DNA from: an uncultured Verrucomicrobiae bacterium
Lineage (GTDB): Bacteria > Verrucomicrobiota > Verrucomicrobiia > Opitutales > JABDGR01
Assembly (NCBI GenBank): GCA_963765205.1
Contig: CAVXVB010000005.1
Span: forward strand, 608,001 to 672,000
Direction: 5' to 3'
DNA length: 64,000 nt
Positions 37,329 to 46,222 of the stretch are shown in pieces. Position 1 is the stretch's first letter. Every line of letters begins with the position of its first letter. Both the position numbers and the translations under genes were made by a program. Below the pieces are notes generated by a model. The model was not told where the DNA came from, searched no databases, and saw nothing but the letters and a program-made list of their open reading frames with translations.

Positions 37329-38492
37329 GTGACCGAGCCTCTTGAATTCTCCATCGTCCTGCCCTGTCTTAACGAGGCTGAAACGCTCGAAACGTGCGTC
37401 CGCAAGGCGTTGCGCGCGCTCGCGGAAAACAATATCACCGGCGAAGTCATCGTTGCCGACAATGGCAGCACGGACGGCTGCCGGGAAATCGCCGCCCGCC
37501 TCGGCGCGCGCGTGGTCCCCGTTGCCGACCGCGGTTACGGGAACGCGCTCATGGGTGGGATCACCGCCGCGCGGGGAAAATTCGTCCTCATGGGCGACGC
37601 CGACGACAGTTACGATTTTCTCGAAGCGCCGAAATTTCTCGCCCAACTCCGCGCGGGTTGTGACCTTGTGCAAGGCTGCCGCCTCCCCGCCGGCGGTGGC
37701 ACGGTCAAGCCCGGCGCAATGCCGTGGTCGCACCGCTGGATCGGCAACTCCGTGTTCTCGTTTATGGCGCGTGCCATGTTTCACGCGCCGATCCACGACG
37801 CCTACTGCGGCCTGCGCGCCTTCCGCAAGGATTTTTGGGAACAGTTGGACCAGCGTTGCACCGGCATGGAATTCGCCACGGAAATGATTTTGAAATCCGG
37901 TTTGAGCCGCGCGAAAATCGCCGAGGTGCCCATCACCCTGCATCCAGACGGGCGCGTCACCCGCCGCCCCCACCTGCGCACCTTCCGTGACGGCTGGCGC
38001 ACCTTGCGCCTGTATCTGCTGTTCAGTCCCCGCTGGCTGTTTGGCCTGCCCGGCGCGCTGCTGATTTTACTCGGCCTTCTCGGCTATGGCCTCGCCCTTC
38101 CCGGCGTGACCATCGGCCGCGCAACCTTCGATGCCCACACCCTGTTGTTCGCCAGCCTCGCATTGCTGATGGGCTATCAAGCGTTATTGTTCGGTATTTT
38201 TGCCAAAACGTTTGCCGTCAACGAAGGCTTGCTGCCCGAAGACCCCGGCTTCACCAATTTCTACAAGCTGCTGAACCTCGAACGCGGGCTGGCTATCGGC
38301 GCGCTCGGCTTTGGGGCGGGCGCCGCTCTGCTGGCCGTCGCCGCCGAACAATGGTGGGCCGCCGATTTTGGCCCGCTGGATTACGCGCGCACCATGCGCC
38401 TCGTCGTGCCCGGCGTCACCTTGGCCGCGCTTGGCTTTCAAACCATCCTCTCCAGTTTCTTCACCAGCATCCTCGGCCTCGCCCGGCGATGA
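37329..38492 (+). CDS. GT2 (DPM1-like) glycosyltransferase with C-terminal TM helices
   Basis: SIVLPCLNEA, ADNGSTD, GYGNAL, MGDADDSYDF, GMEFATEM, LRTFRDGWR. Confidence 0.9.
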   Translation: MTEPLEFSIVLPCLNEAETLETCVRKALRALAENNITGEVIVADNGSTDGCREIAARLGARVVPVADRGYGNALMGGITAARGKFVLMGDADDSYDFLEAPKFLAQLRAGCDLVQGCRLPAGGGTVKPGAMPWSHRWIGNSVFSFMARAMFHAPIHDAYCGLRAFRKDFWEQLDQRCTGMEFATEMILKSGLSRAKIAEVPITLHPDGRVTRRPHLRTFRDGWRTLRLYLLFSPRWLFGLPGALLILLGLLGYGLALPGVTIGRATFDAHTLLFASLALLMGYQALLFGIFAKTFAVNEGLLPEDPGFTNFYKLLNLERGLAIGALGFGAGAALLAVAAEQWWAADFGPLDYARTMRLVVPGVTLAALGFQTILSSFFTSILGLARR

Positions 38493-39193
38493 GCACGTTG
38501 CCCGACCCCTCGAGCTTTGACCAATACGCCGCCGACTACGACGGCGCGCTGGCGCAAGGCCTCTCCGTCTCCGGCGAGGACAAGGAATTTTTCGCGCGCG
38601 GCCGCCTCACCTGGCTGGCCAAGATACTGGGTGAAAATAATTTTGCGCCGAAAAGCGCGCTCGACTTCGGTTGCGGCACCGGCGCGGCGGCCCCATTGCT
38701 GAAGGAAATCATCCGGGTGGAAAAAGTTCTCGGCGTGGATGTTTCCGCGGGCCTGCTCGGCGTGGCCCAGCGCGAACATGGGGGCGCGGGCATCGAATTC
38801 CGTTCGCTCAAAGATCATCAGCCCACTGGGGAATTCGAGCTCGCGTTTTGCAACGGCGTTTTCCACCACATCCCGCCCAATAAACGCGCGGAGGCCGTCA
38901 ACCACGTTTTCCGCAGCCTTCGGCCCGGCGGCATTTTTGCCTTGTGGGAAAACAATCCCTGGAATCCCGCCACGCGCTACGTGATGAGCCGGATTCCGTT
39001 TGACCGCGATGCCATCACGCTTTCTCCGCCGACTGCGCGGCAAATGTTGGACGATGGCGGCTTCGAGATTTGGCGGACGGATTTTCAGTTTTTCTTCCCC
39101 CACGCCTTGCGCTGGCTGCGCGGACTGGAACCCTGGCTGGCATCCCTCCCGCTCGGCGCGCAGTATCAAGTGCTCGCCCGCAAGCCAGGTTAA
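38489..39193 (+). CDS. Class I SAM-dependent methyltransferase
   Basis: LDFGCGTG, GVDVS, VFHHIPP, LRPGG; ATGA overlap with upstream GT. Confidence 0.9.
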   Translation: MSTLPDPSSFDQYAADYDGALAQGLSVSGEDKEFFARGRLTWLAKILGENNFAPKSALDFGCGTGAAAPLLKEIIRVEKVLGVDVSAGLLGVAQREHGGAGIEFRSLKDHQPTGEFELAFCNGVFHHIPPNKRAEAVNHVFRSLRPGGIFALWENNPWNPATRYVMSRIPFDRDAITLSPPTARQMLDDGGFEIWRTDFQFFFPHALRWLRGLEPWLASLPLGAQYQVLARKPG

Positions 39194-39251
39194 AAATCAC
39201 CTCACCCCCAGGCTCCGCAACCTCGAACAAAAAGATTTCAATAACCCGACC

Positions 39252-39515
39252 ATGGAAACTAACCAAAAACGCTTCGACGATTTGGAGCAGAAGGTTCTGC
39301 CGCTTGTTGACTTGTCTGGTAGATTCGATCCTTCGCAGCCGCCGGAGTGGATGGCAACCGAGCGGTTCTGCGCAAACAGATATTACAAAAGTACCACAGC
39401 GCCAGCCATCCTCCGCGCCGCCGTCGCCTTGTCAATAGAAACTTTTGTTGCGACGGCCCTCCCTCGCAGGACAGGTCAAGAAAATTGGATTGAGCCGTTC
39501 GCCCAACTCTGGTAG
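39252..39515 (+). CDS. Small hypothetical ORF or gene remnant
   Basis: 87 aa from ATG; N-terminus METNQKRFDDLEQ resembles that of 41417 gene. Confidence 0.3.
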   Translation: METNQKRFDDLEQKVLPLVDLSGRFDPSQPPEWMATERFCANRYYKSTTAPAILRAAVALSIETFVATALPRRTGQENWIEPFAQLW

Positions 39516-39578
39516 CTTTAAGAAAGGTCTCGCTGATTGATGCCTTTATCACGACCCACCAGCTTATTAACTTAAATC

Positions 39579-40346
39579 ATGAGTGAAGTCGTTTATCTAT
39601 CCCCGCCGACGCCCGTGCATATGGCGGAAGAATGGTTCAAGGTCGCCCAGGACACGCATTTTTGGATCAAGCGCCGGTTTGATGTGCTCCGAAAAATCAG
39701 CGGGGAACATTCGTGGGAGGGTAAAAAGATCGGGGAAATCGGTTGCGGACATGGTTTGGTGCAAAAGCAGCTGGGACAAAATTACGGCGTGTTGGTGGAC
39801 GGGTTTGACCTGAATGCCGAGGCCTTGCGCGATTCCGTCGCCGCCAGCCATCCACGCTACTGCTACAATATTTTTGACCGCCACCCCCAATTTTCGGCTA
39901 AATATGATTTGCTCATCCTGTTTGATGTGATTGAACATATCGAACAGGAAAAGCCGTTCTTGGAGGCGGCGCTCTATCATTTGAAGCCCGGTGGCCATCT
40001 GCTGATCAATGTGCCCGCCTTCATGGGTTTGTATTCGCAATATGACATTGCGGCGGGCCATCAACGGCGTTACACCCTCCAAACCTTGGAGCAACTTTGT
40101 GCCAGCATGGAATTGAAGAGAGTCACCGCGACTTATTGGGGATTACCCCTGATCCCGATTATGCTAATGCGAAATTTACGGGTGACGGGACAAACCGACC
40201 CCCAAATTGTCATCCGGCGCGGTTTCAAGCAATCCGGCCGTCTCGCCAACCGACTGCTTGGTTTCCTGAGCTTATGGGAACCTCTGCCGCAACGCGTTCT
40301 CGGCACGTCGCTCATGGCCATTTACCGCAAGGAGGCCAAACAATGA
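39579..40346 (+). CDS. Class I SAM-dependent methyltransferase
   Basis: HFWIKRR, EIGCGHG, FDVIEHI, LKPGG.LLINVPA, GHQRRY. Confidence 0.9.
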   Translation: MSEVVYLSPPTPVHMAEEWFKVAQDTHFWIKRRFDVLRKISGEHSWEGKKIGEIGCGHGLVQKQLGQNYGVLVDGFDLNAEALRDSVAASHPRYCYNIFDRHPQFSAKYDLLILFDVIEHIEQEKPFLEAALYHLKPGGHLLINVPAFMGLYSQYDIAAGHQRRYTLQTLEQLCASMELKRVTATYWGLPLIPIMLMRNLRVTGQTDPQIVIRRGFKQSGRLANRLLGFLSLWEPLPQRVLGTSLMAIYRKEAKQ

Positions 40347-41314
40347 ATTCGCTCAACGACGCCTGCTCGCGACCAGCCGCAGCCCCTTTATCCCTGGTCA
40401 TCCCTCTCTTTAACGAAGCGGCCATTTTCGATCAGCTAAAACGCCGGTTGCTGGACGTTCTACCGCTGCTGCCAACGCCAACCGAAGTGATCCTAGTCAA
40501 TGACGGCAGTAGCGATGCCACCGGTGCGTTAATCCGCGAGCTGTGCCACCAGGATGCGCATTTTGTCGGCGTGCATCTGACCCGCAACTTCGGCCACCAA
40601 ATGGCCGTGTGCGCCGGCCTCGATCTGGCACGGGGCGACGCCGTCGCAGTCCTCGACGGCGACCTGCAAGATCCCCCGGAAATCCTGCCAGCCTTTTACG
40701 CCAAGCTGCAGGAAGGTTATGATGTCGTCTATGCCATCCGCCAACGACGCAAGGAAATCCTTCCCAAGCGCTTGATGTATTGGCTCTTTTACCGCCTGCT
40801 GGCGGCGCTGACGCCCATTGATATCCCGCTCGACAGCGGGGATTTCAGCATCATGAGCCGACGCGTGGTCGAGGCCCTCAAGACGATGCCGGAGCGTCGG
40901 CGCTTCGTGCGCGGCATGCGCAGCTACGTTGGCTTCCGCCAAACCGGCCTGGTCTATGAACGGCGAGAGCGGGCGGGCGGCCAACCCAAATACACTCTCC
41001 GCAAACTGCTCCTGCTGGCCGCCGACGGCATCTTCACCTTCAGTGAAATCCCCCTCCGCTTGGCGACCATGGTCGGCCTTTGCACCGCCGGTCTTTCCAT
41101 CCTCTATGGCGTCATTCTTTTGATTCTACGAATTTTCAATGACTACACGTTGCCCGGCTTTGCCACCCTAGCCATCGGGCTGTTCTTTTTAGGCGGCGTC
41201 CAGCTCATCTGCCTGGGCATCCTCGGCGAATACATCGGCCGCATCCACCATGAAGTCAAACAGCGCCCGCCGTATATCATCGAACATGTGGACCGCCACA
41301 CCCAGGGTAAATAA
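40343..41314 (+). CDS. GT2 polyprenol-phosphate glycosyltransferase (GtrB-like)
   Basis: SLVIPLFNE, NDGSSD, RNFGHQ, DGDLQDPPE, GDFSIM, GEYIGRI. Confidence 0.9.
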   Translation: MNSLNDACSRPAAAPLSLVIPLFNEAAIFDQLKRRLLDVLPLLPTPTEVILVNDGSSDATGALIRELCHQDAHFVGVHLTRNFGHQMAVCAGLDLARGDAVAVLDGDLQDPPEILPAFYAKLQEGYDVVYAIRQRRKEILPKRLMYWLFYRLLAALTPIDIPLDSGDFSIMSRRVVEALKTMPERRRFVRGMRSYVGFRQTGLVYERRERAGGQPKYTLRKLLLLAADGIFTFSEIPLRLATMVGLCTAGLSILYGVILLILRIFNDYTLPGFATLAIGLFFLGGVQLICLGILGEYIGRIHHEVKQRPPYIIEHVDRHTQGK

Positions 41315-41416
41315 GCGTATGTGTTGCGAAACATATCTTAGGACAATCTACTTGTATCACAAATGGAAACCTGTTTCTTCTTTGGACATTTCTTGGAACA
41401 CTAATCAACGACGAAC

Positions 41417-43498
41417 ATGGAAACTAATTCTGAGCGCCTCGAAGATCCGGAGCGGAGCGATGCGCATCTGGGCGAATCACTTAATAAACTAGATGTGCCC
41501 CTCCCGATGGGGGACAGGGATCCGGCTCCGTCAAATCAATCTCCCGCCCCCACTGGTCAGGCCACAAAATATTGGCAAAAAATCTTGCCCTTTGCCGACC
41601 CGCTGTCCGTGGCCGCGATCTTTGTTTACATGTTGTGCAAGAGTTGGCTGCGTTGGCTGGACCCGATGATAGATTTTCCGGATACTTTGTATTTTGCCTG
41701 GCGTCTGAGCGAAGGCGATTTGCTTTATAAAAATCTGGCCGACTGGTATGGGCCTTTGCCGCACCTGACTGAGGCCGCAGGCTTTCGCATTTTTGGCGTG
41801 GGGCTGGACACCATCGTCTGGATGAATATTGCGCTGACGGTCGGGGTTTTGCTCTTGTTGCGCAGTATTTTGGGCATGCTGGGCAACCGCCTGACGGTGT
41901 GGCTGTCTTCGCTGGTTTTTGTGGTGGTGTTTGCGTTTAACCACTGCACCACCGCGGGCAATTTCAACTTTATTACGCCTTATGCCGGGCAAACGACCTA
42001 CGGTTTCGCGGGCCTGCTGCTCGTGCTCTGGGGATTGCTGCGGGAGATAAAATCGGGCCGGCCCCGCTGGCTCGGTGTGGCGGGGTTGGGCGTGGCCGTG
42101 GCGTATTTGGACAAGCCCGAACCGCTGCTGGCGGCGGCGGGCGCGGTCGCCCTCTATCTGGTCGCGCGCATGATTCAGCAGGCCCGGGGGCAGGTGCAAC
42201 CGAATCCAGGCTGGAATTGGCTGGCCGCCCTGAAATGGCTGGCAGGCGGGTTTTCCTGCCTGTGGTTGCCGGTGTTTTTCTTCTTCCTGGCGAAAGGCGG
42301 CTTGAGCTACGCGATTCTCGCCACCGACTTTGTGCCCCACACCCTCATGGACCAGTCCATCCGCGATTCAGTGAGCCATTCGATCTTTCACATGCAAGTC
42401 ATGGGTTTCGACCATCCAGGGGAAAACTTCCGCATTCAATTGCTCGCGGGTGGGATGCTCGTGCTGGTTGGTGAACTATTGATCGTGCTGGCGTGGGGGT
42501 GGACAAGGGCACGCCTGTTTGGTCTGGCGTGGTGGATTCGGCTGGCGACCGTCATCGCCGTGGCCGTTGCCGCTGCTTTGGGGATCGGGCACGAAAATAA
42601 TTTGCTTTTTTTCTGGATGAACCTGGGCCGGGCGCTGGCCTTTCCCGTCCTCCTCGCGGCCGGGGCGGTGGTCATCTGGAGCTTCTGGTCGGCCTGGCAT
42701 AAGCGGGCGGATTTTTCCCGCACTCTCGCATTGGCGGTGGTCGGCGTGGCGGCGGCCCTCATGCTCGCGCGCATGATTCTCAATGTCACCCTTTACGATA
42801 CCGGTTTTTTCATGACACCATTGGCGGTGTGCTTTTTGGTTCAACTCATGATGGTCGAGGCGGCGCGGCCTGGGCCGGGCAGCCGCCGCGCCAACGGGCT
42901 GCTGCCGGCCGCCTTGGCCGGTATCGTGCTCTTCGGCACAGGGGTGGTTGGCCTGAACAGTCTCCAAATGTATGCCAAGAAAACTTTTCCCGTCGGTTCC
43001 GGACGCGACCACTTTTATGCCTTTCCAGCGGACATTTCCCTGGAAGGCCCGATGCCGCAGACCATGATTAATGGATTTAAGGACCGTACCCCCTCGGCCC
43101 GGACGCTGGTGGCCTTTCCCCAGGGCATTGCGGTCAATTATCATCTGCGCATTCCCAACCCGTTGGCAGTACAGGTTTTTTACGCTGGCCTTCAGGGTTT
43201 TTATGGTGGTGCGCAGCAAATGCTGCAAGACTTGCAAGCCCACCCCCCCGATGTGATCTTTCTGCATTTCCGGCCCTATTACCAAGTTGAATTCGGCCTC
43301 AAATATTTCGGCGACACGCAGGCCGGCGGCAGTGACATCCTGGCTTGGATCAACGACCATTACCAGAACATTGCCAACACCGGCAATGCCCCCGGCGCCA
43401 CCAGCACCGGGCACATCATTGACATGTATGTGCCAAAAGCCCCACTCACATTAAGGGCGACCGGCCCCCTGTTGGCCCCGCTTCCGGCCACAAACTAG
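41417..43498 (+). CDS. Polytopic membrane protein, probable GT-C fold glycosyltransferase
   Basis: W.DP.IDF...Y..WRLSEG..LYK....YGPL luminal loop, many TM helices, periplasmic C-terminus; follows GtrB-like gene. Confidence 0.7.
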   Translation: METNSERLEDPERSDAHLGESLNKLDVPLPMGDRDPAPSNQSPAPTGQATKYWQKILPFADPLSVAAIFVYMLCKSWLRWLDPMIDFPDTLYFAWRLSEGDLLYKNLADWYGPLPHLTEAAGFRIFGVGLDTIVWMNIALTVGVLLLLRSILGMLGNRLTVWLSSLVFVVVFAFNHCTTAGNFNFITPYAGQTTYGFAGLLLVLWGLLREIKSGRPRWLGVAGLGVAVAYLDKPEPLLAAAGAVALYLVARMIQQARGQVQPNPGWNWLAALKWLAGGFSCLWLPVFFFFLAKGGLSYAILATDFVPHTLMDQSIRDSVSHSIFHMQVMGFDHPGENFRIQLLAGGMLVLVGELLIVLAWGWTRARLFGLAWWIRLATVIAVAVAAALGIGHENNLLFFWMNLGRALAFPVLLAAGAVVIWSFWSAWHKRADFSRTLALAVVGVAAALMLARMILNVTLYDTGFFMTPLAVCFLVQLMMVEAARPGPGSRRANGLLPAALAGIVLFGTGVVGLNSLQMYAKKTFPVGSGRDHFYAFPADISLEGPMPQTMINGFKDRTPSARTLVAFPQGIAVNYHLRIPNPLAVQVFYAGLQGFYGGAQQMLQDLQAHPPDVIFLHFRPYYQVEFGLKYFGDTQAGGSDILAWINDHYQNIANTGNAPGATSTGHIIDMYVPKAPLTLRATGPLLAPLPATN

Positions 43499-43516
43499 CG
43501 CGGGAGTGGGCCACGC

Positions 43517-44314
43517 TTATGCGTTGCGCCGGGACTCCTTCCGCGCTTTTTGCGGCACGTCATAAAACACCCTCTCCAGGCACAAGCCCAGCGCCGGGGC
43601 GGTGGTGACTTCCTGGGTGCGCTTTTTATTTTTCAACAGGCGCGCGATGTCCTCCTCGGTCAATTTGCCGCGGCCGACGGCAACCAGCGCGCCGACCAGC
43701 CCGCGCGCCATCTTGTATAAAAAACCGCTCGCCTCGATGACGAACTCGACGCGCCGGCCGCGTTTAATTATGTACAGCCGCCGCAAATCCTTCACCGGGT
43801 TCTCTGTTTCTTCGTATTGGCCGGAGAAGGCGGAGAAATCGTGTTGGCCGAGTAGTTTCTTCGCGGCCGTGCGCATCTTTTCCACGTCCAGCGGACGGTC
43901 GCCCAACGACCAGCACCAGCGGGACTCGAACGGCCCGGCGTGGCCGAGGTAGAGCCGGTAGCGGTAGCGCTTGCCCTTCGCGCTATAGCGCGCATGGAAA
44001 TCCGGCGCAGCGCGGCGCACGGACGTGACCACCAGCCCGCATGGCAGGCCGCTGCGCAACGCGCGCTGCAAATGCGCGACGGGATGCGCCCAGTCGGCCT
44101 CGAAATGGAACACCTGCGCGCGGGCATGCACGCCCGAATCCGTGCGCCCGCTCCCGTGGACGCGCACGGGCTTCTGAAAAATCTGCGCCAGCCGCCGCTC
44201 GAGAAAATCCTGTACCGTGCGGCCGCCCTTCTGGCTCTGCCAGCCGAAAAAGTCCGTCCCGTCATAGGCGCAAGTGCAGCGCCAGCGTGGCAGGGGGGAA
44301 GAAACTGGAACCAC
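43517..44314 (-). CDS. truA: tRNA pseudouridine(38-40) synthase (start uncertain)
   Basis: AYDGTDFFGWQ, GSGRTDSGVHA, FHARYSA, HDFSAF, FLYKMAR, TAPALGL. Confidence 0.95.
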   Translation of the reverse strand: MVPVSSPLPRWRCTCAYDGTDFFGWQSQKGGRTVQDFLERRLAQIFQKPVRVHGSGRTDSGVHARAQVFHFEADWAHPVAHLQRALRSGLPCGLVVTSVRRAAPDFHARYSAKGKRYRYRLYLGHAGPFESRWCWSLGDRPLDVEKMRTAAKKLLGQHDFSAFSGQYEETENPVKDLRRLYIIKRGRRVEFVIEASGFLYKMARGLVGALVAVGRGKLTEEDIARLLKNKKRTQEVTTAPALGLCLERVFYDVPQKARKESRRNA

Positions 44315-44402
44315 GGAGGGCACGGAGAACACAGAGGAAAAATGGAAGATGGAAAAGGGAAAATGGAAAAAATCCTCCGTGCCCTCCGTGTTCTCCGTGG
44401 TT
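44309..44402. repeat. CACGGAG 9-mer inverted-repeat element with heptamer array in its loop
   Basis: aaccacggagggcacggagaacacagagg [aaaatgg aagatgg aaaaggg aaaatgg] cctccgtgccctccgtgttctccgtggtt. Confidence 0.88.
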
Positions 44403-44415
44403 CAATCACCGCCTC

Positions 44416-44769
44416 CTATTTCAGGAACGAGCAGATATACTCGCAGACGCCGGTGGCGACTTCGATTTGGAAGCCGGAGCGGCCGGGCACGTCGAACGTG
44501 GTGCCCGCGGCGTAGTCGTGAGTGGCCTTATCCTGGTCGAGCCGCACGCGGCACGCACCGGCGACGATTTCCATGCGCTCGGGAGCATCGGTGTTGAAGT
44601 GATAGGAACCCGGGCGAATCAGACCGAGGGTTTTTTTGCCGCCGTCGGGGAAAAGCAGCGTGTGGCTGGCCACGCCGCCCTCGAAATAGAGGTTGGCCTT
44701 CGTGACAGCGGTGACGCCGACGAATTGCTGGGGTATGGCGGAGGCGGGGGTTTGGGAAGAGTCGCTCAT
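44416..44769 (-). CDS. ppnP: Pyrimidine/purine nucleoside phosphorylase
   Basis: KANLYFEGGVASHT, KTLGLI.PG.Y.FNT.APE.MEI, F.VPG.S.F, EYICSF. Confidence 0.88.
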   Translation of the reverse strand: MSDSSQTPASAIPQQFVGVTAVTKANLYFEGGVASHTLLFPDGGKKTLGLIRPGSYHFNTDAPERMEIVAGACRVRLDQDKATHDYAAGTTFDVPGRSGFQIEVATGVCEYICSFLK

Positions 44770-44860
44770 GGCGCGCCATCCCTAACCCGTCCCGCCTCCC
44801 GTTGGCAAGCGGACAGTTTCGCCACACGCCAGCAATGGCCATTCGGCCGGATTAATTGAA

Positions 44861-45622
44861 TTAACGCATCCCACCCGAGACGACGAGCGTTTCGCCGGTG
44901 ATCCACGACGCGTCGTCAGAGGCCAGGAAGGTCACCGCTGTCGCGATGTCGTGCGGCCGGCCAATGCGGCCGAGCGGGATTTGCGCGACAAACTGTTTTT
45001 GCATTTCGCTGGTAAAACCGGCGGCTTGCAGTCCTTCCGTCTCCACCATGCCGGGGTTGACGGCGTTGATGCGAATTTTGCGCGGGGCCAGCTCCTTGGC
45101 CAGCGTGCGCGTCGCCACATCCACCCCGGCTTTCGTCGCGTTATACACCGACATATTCGGCGGGGCGGAAGTGCTCACCACCGAGCTGATGTTGACGATG
45201 CTGCCGCCCGCGTCGCCAAAGCGCCGCACCGCTTCCTGCGTGGTCAGGAGCAGGCCCAGCAGGTTCAGGTTGAATTGTTTGTGGAAGTGTTCCTCCGTGA
45301 TGCCCTCCAGCGGGGCGACCTCATAAATCCCCGCGTTGTTAACGAGGATGTCGGGCCGGCCAAAGGTCTTTTGCGTCTCGGCAAAGAGGCGCTCGATGTC
45401 GGCCTTCTTCGACACGTTGGCCTGCACCGCGACGGCGCGGCCGCCGCCGGCGGTGATTTCGGCGACGACCTCGTCGGCCCCGGTTTTGCTCGAGGAGTAG
45501 TTGACGACCACGGCGGCGCCCGCCGCCGCAAGCTGTTTGGCGATGCCGGCGCCGATGCCCTTGGAGGCACCCGTCACCACCGCGATTTTGCCCGACAGTT
45601 TCTGGTTGGGATCGTTTTTCAT
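44861..45622 (-). CDS. Short-chain dehydrogenase/reductase
   Basis: TGASKGIG, NNAG, NISS, YNATK, NPG. Confidence 0.95.
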   Translation of the reverse strand: MKNDPNQKLSGKIAVVTGASKGIGAGIAKQLAAAGAAVVVNYSSSKTGADEVVAEITAGGGRAVAVQANVSKKADIERLFAETQKTFGRPDILVNNAGIYEVAPLEGITEEHFHKQFNLNLLGLLLTTQEAVRRFGDAGGSIVNISSVVSTSAPPNMSVYNATKAGVDVATRTLAKELAPRKIRINAVNPGMVETEGLQAAGFTSEMQKQFVAQIPLGRIGRPHDIATAVTFLASDDASWITGETLVVSGGMR

Positions 45623-45663
45623 GGGAGTTTGCTTTCTATTTTATAGGTTGCGATTGCGTGAAT

Positions 45664-45690
45664 TAATTGTGACTTTCATAGTAACAATTA
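45664..45690. promoter_or_regulatory. Probable Rrf2 operator upstream of SDR
   Basis: TAATTGTGACTTTCATAGTAACAATTA imperfect palindrome; right arm ATAGTAACA identical to site at 46127. Confidence 0.75.
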
Positions 45691-45703
45691 AAGGCTAAAA
45701 AAT

Positions 45704-46123
45704 TCACTGCTGCCGGATGTCGGCAATGATGTCCGCGAGGGTGATTTGGGCCAGTGCCGCCTCGAGGGAGTGCTGCGCCTGGCCAAGGGATTTTTCCAGC
45801 GCCGCCTTGATGTGGCAACTCACCGGGCAGGGCTTAAGCTCGCGGTAGCTGTGGATGGCGAAGGCCTTCGGCGCCTGCACCGCCTGGTAAACATCAAGAA
45901 GGGAAATTTTCTCCGCGTCGCGCGCCAGGCGGCAGGAGCCGCCCTGGCCTGTGACGGTCGTGACCAGGCCCGCTTTCGACAATTTTGCCAGCACGCGCCG
46001 GACAAAGCTCGGGCTGGTGTTTACGCTGCGCGCCACGGCGGCCGAGGTCACTTCCCGCCCGCACTGGAAGCCCAGCCCGGCCAGGAAATGCACCGCGATG
46101 GAGAATTGGAGGTTGGTCGCCAC
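45704..46123 (-). CDS. Rrf2 family transcriptional regulator (no Cys3 Fe-S motif)
   Basis: FSIAVH.L, SVNTSPSFVRRVL.KL.KAGLV, ISLLDVY.AV, H....PCPV. Confidence 0.92.
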   Translation of the reverse strand: MATNLQFSIAVHFLAGLGFQCGREVTSAAVARSVNTSPSFVRRVLAKLSKAGLVTTVTGQGGSCRLARDAEKISLLDVYQAVQAPKAFAIHSYRELKPCPVSCHIKAALEKSLGQAQHSLEAALAQITLADIIADIRQQ

Positions 46124-46126
46124 GTT

Positions 46127-46145
46127 TGTTACTATAATAGTAACA
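46127..46145. promoter_or_regulatory. Probable Rrf2 autoregulatory operator
   Basis: Perfect 9-1-9 palindrome TGTTACTAT-A-ATAGTAACA 3 nt upstream of the GTG start. Confidence 0.8.
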
Positions 46146-46222
46146 GAATAAAAAGCAAGGGCTTTTTTTCAATTATTTTTTTGGGGGTGAAAGCCGCCCC
46201 GGGCCAGGCAGGGTACAAACGT

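Noticed and set aside
6495..44402. CACGGAG repeats as a CRISPR array
   Set aside because: Dispersed and inverted, with no regular repeat-spacer structure and no cas genes
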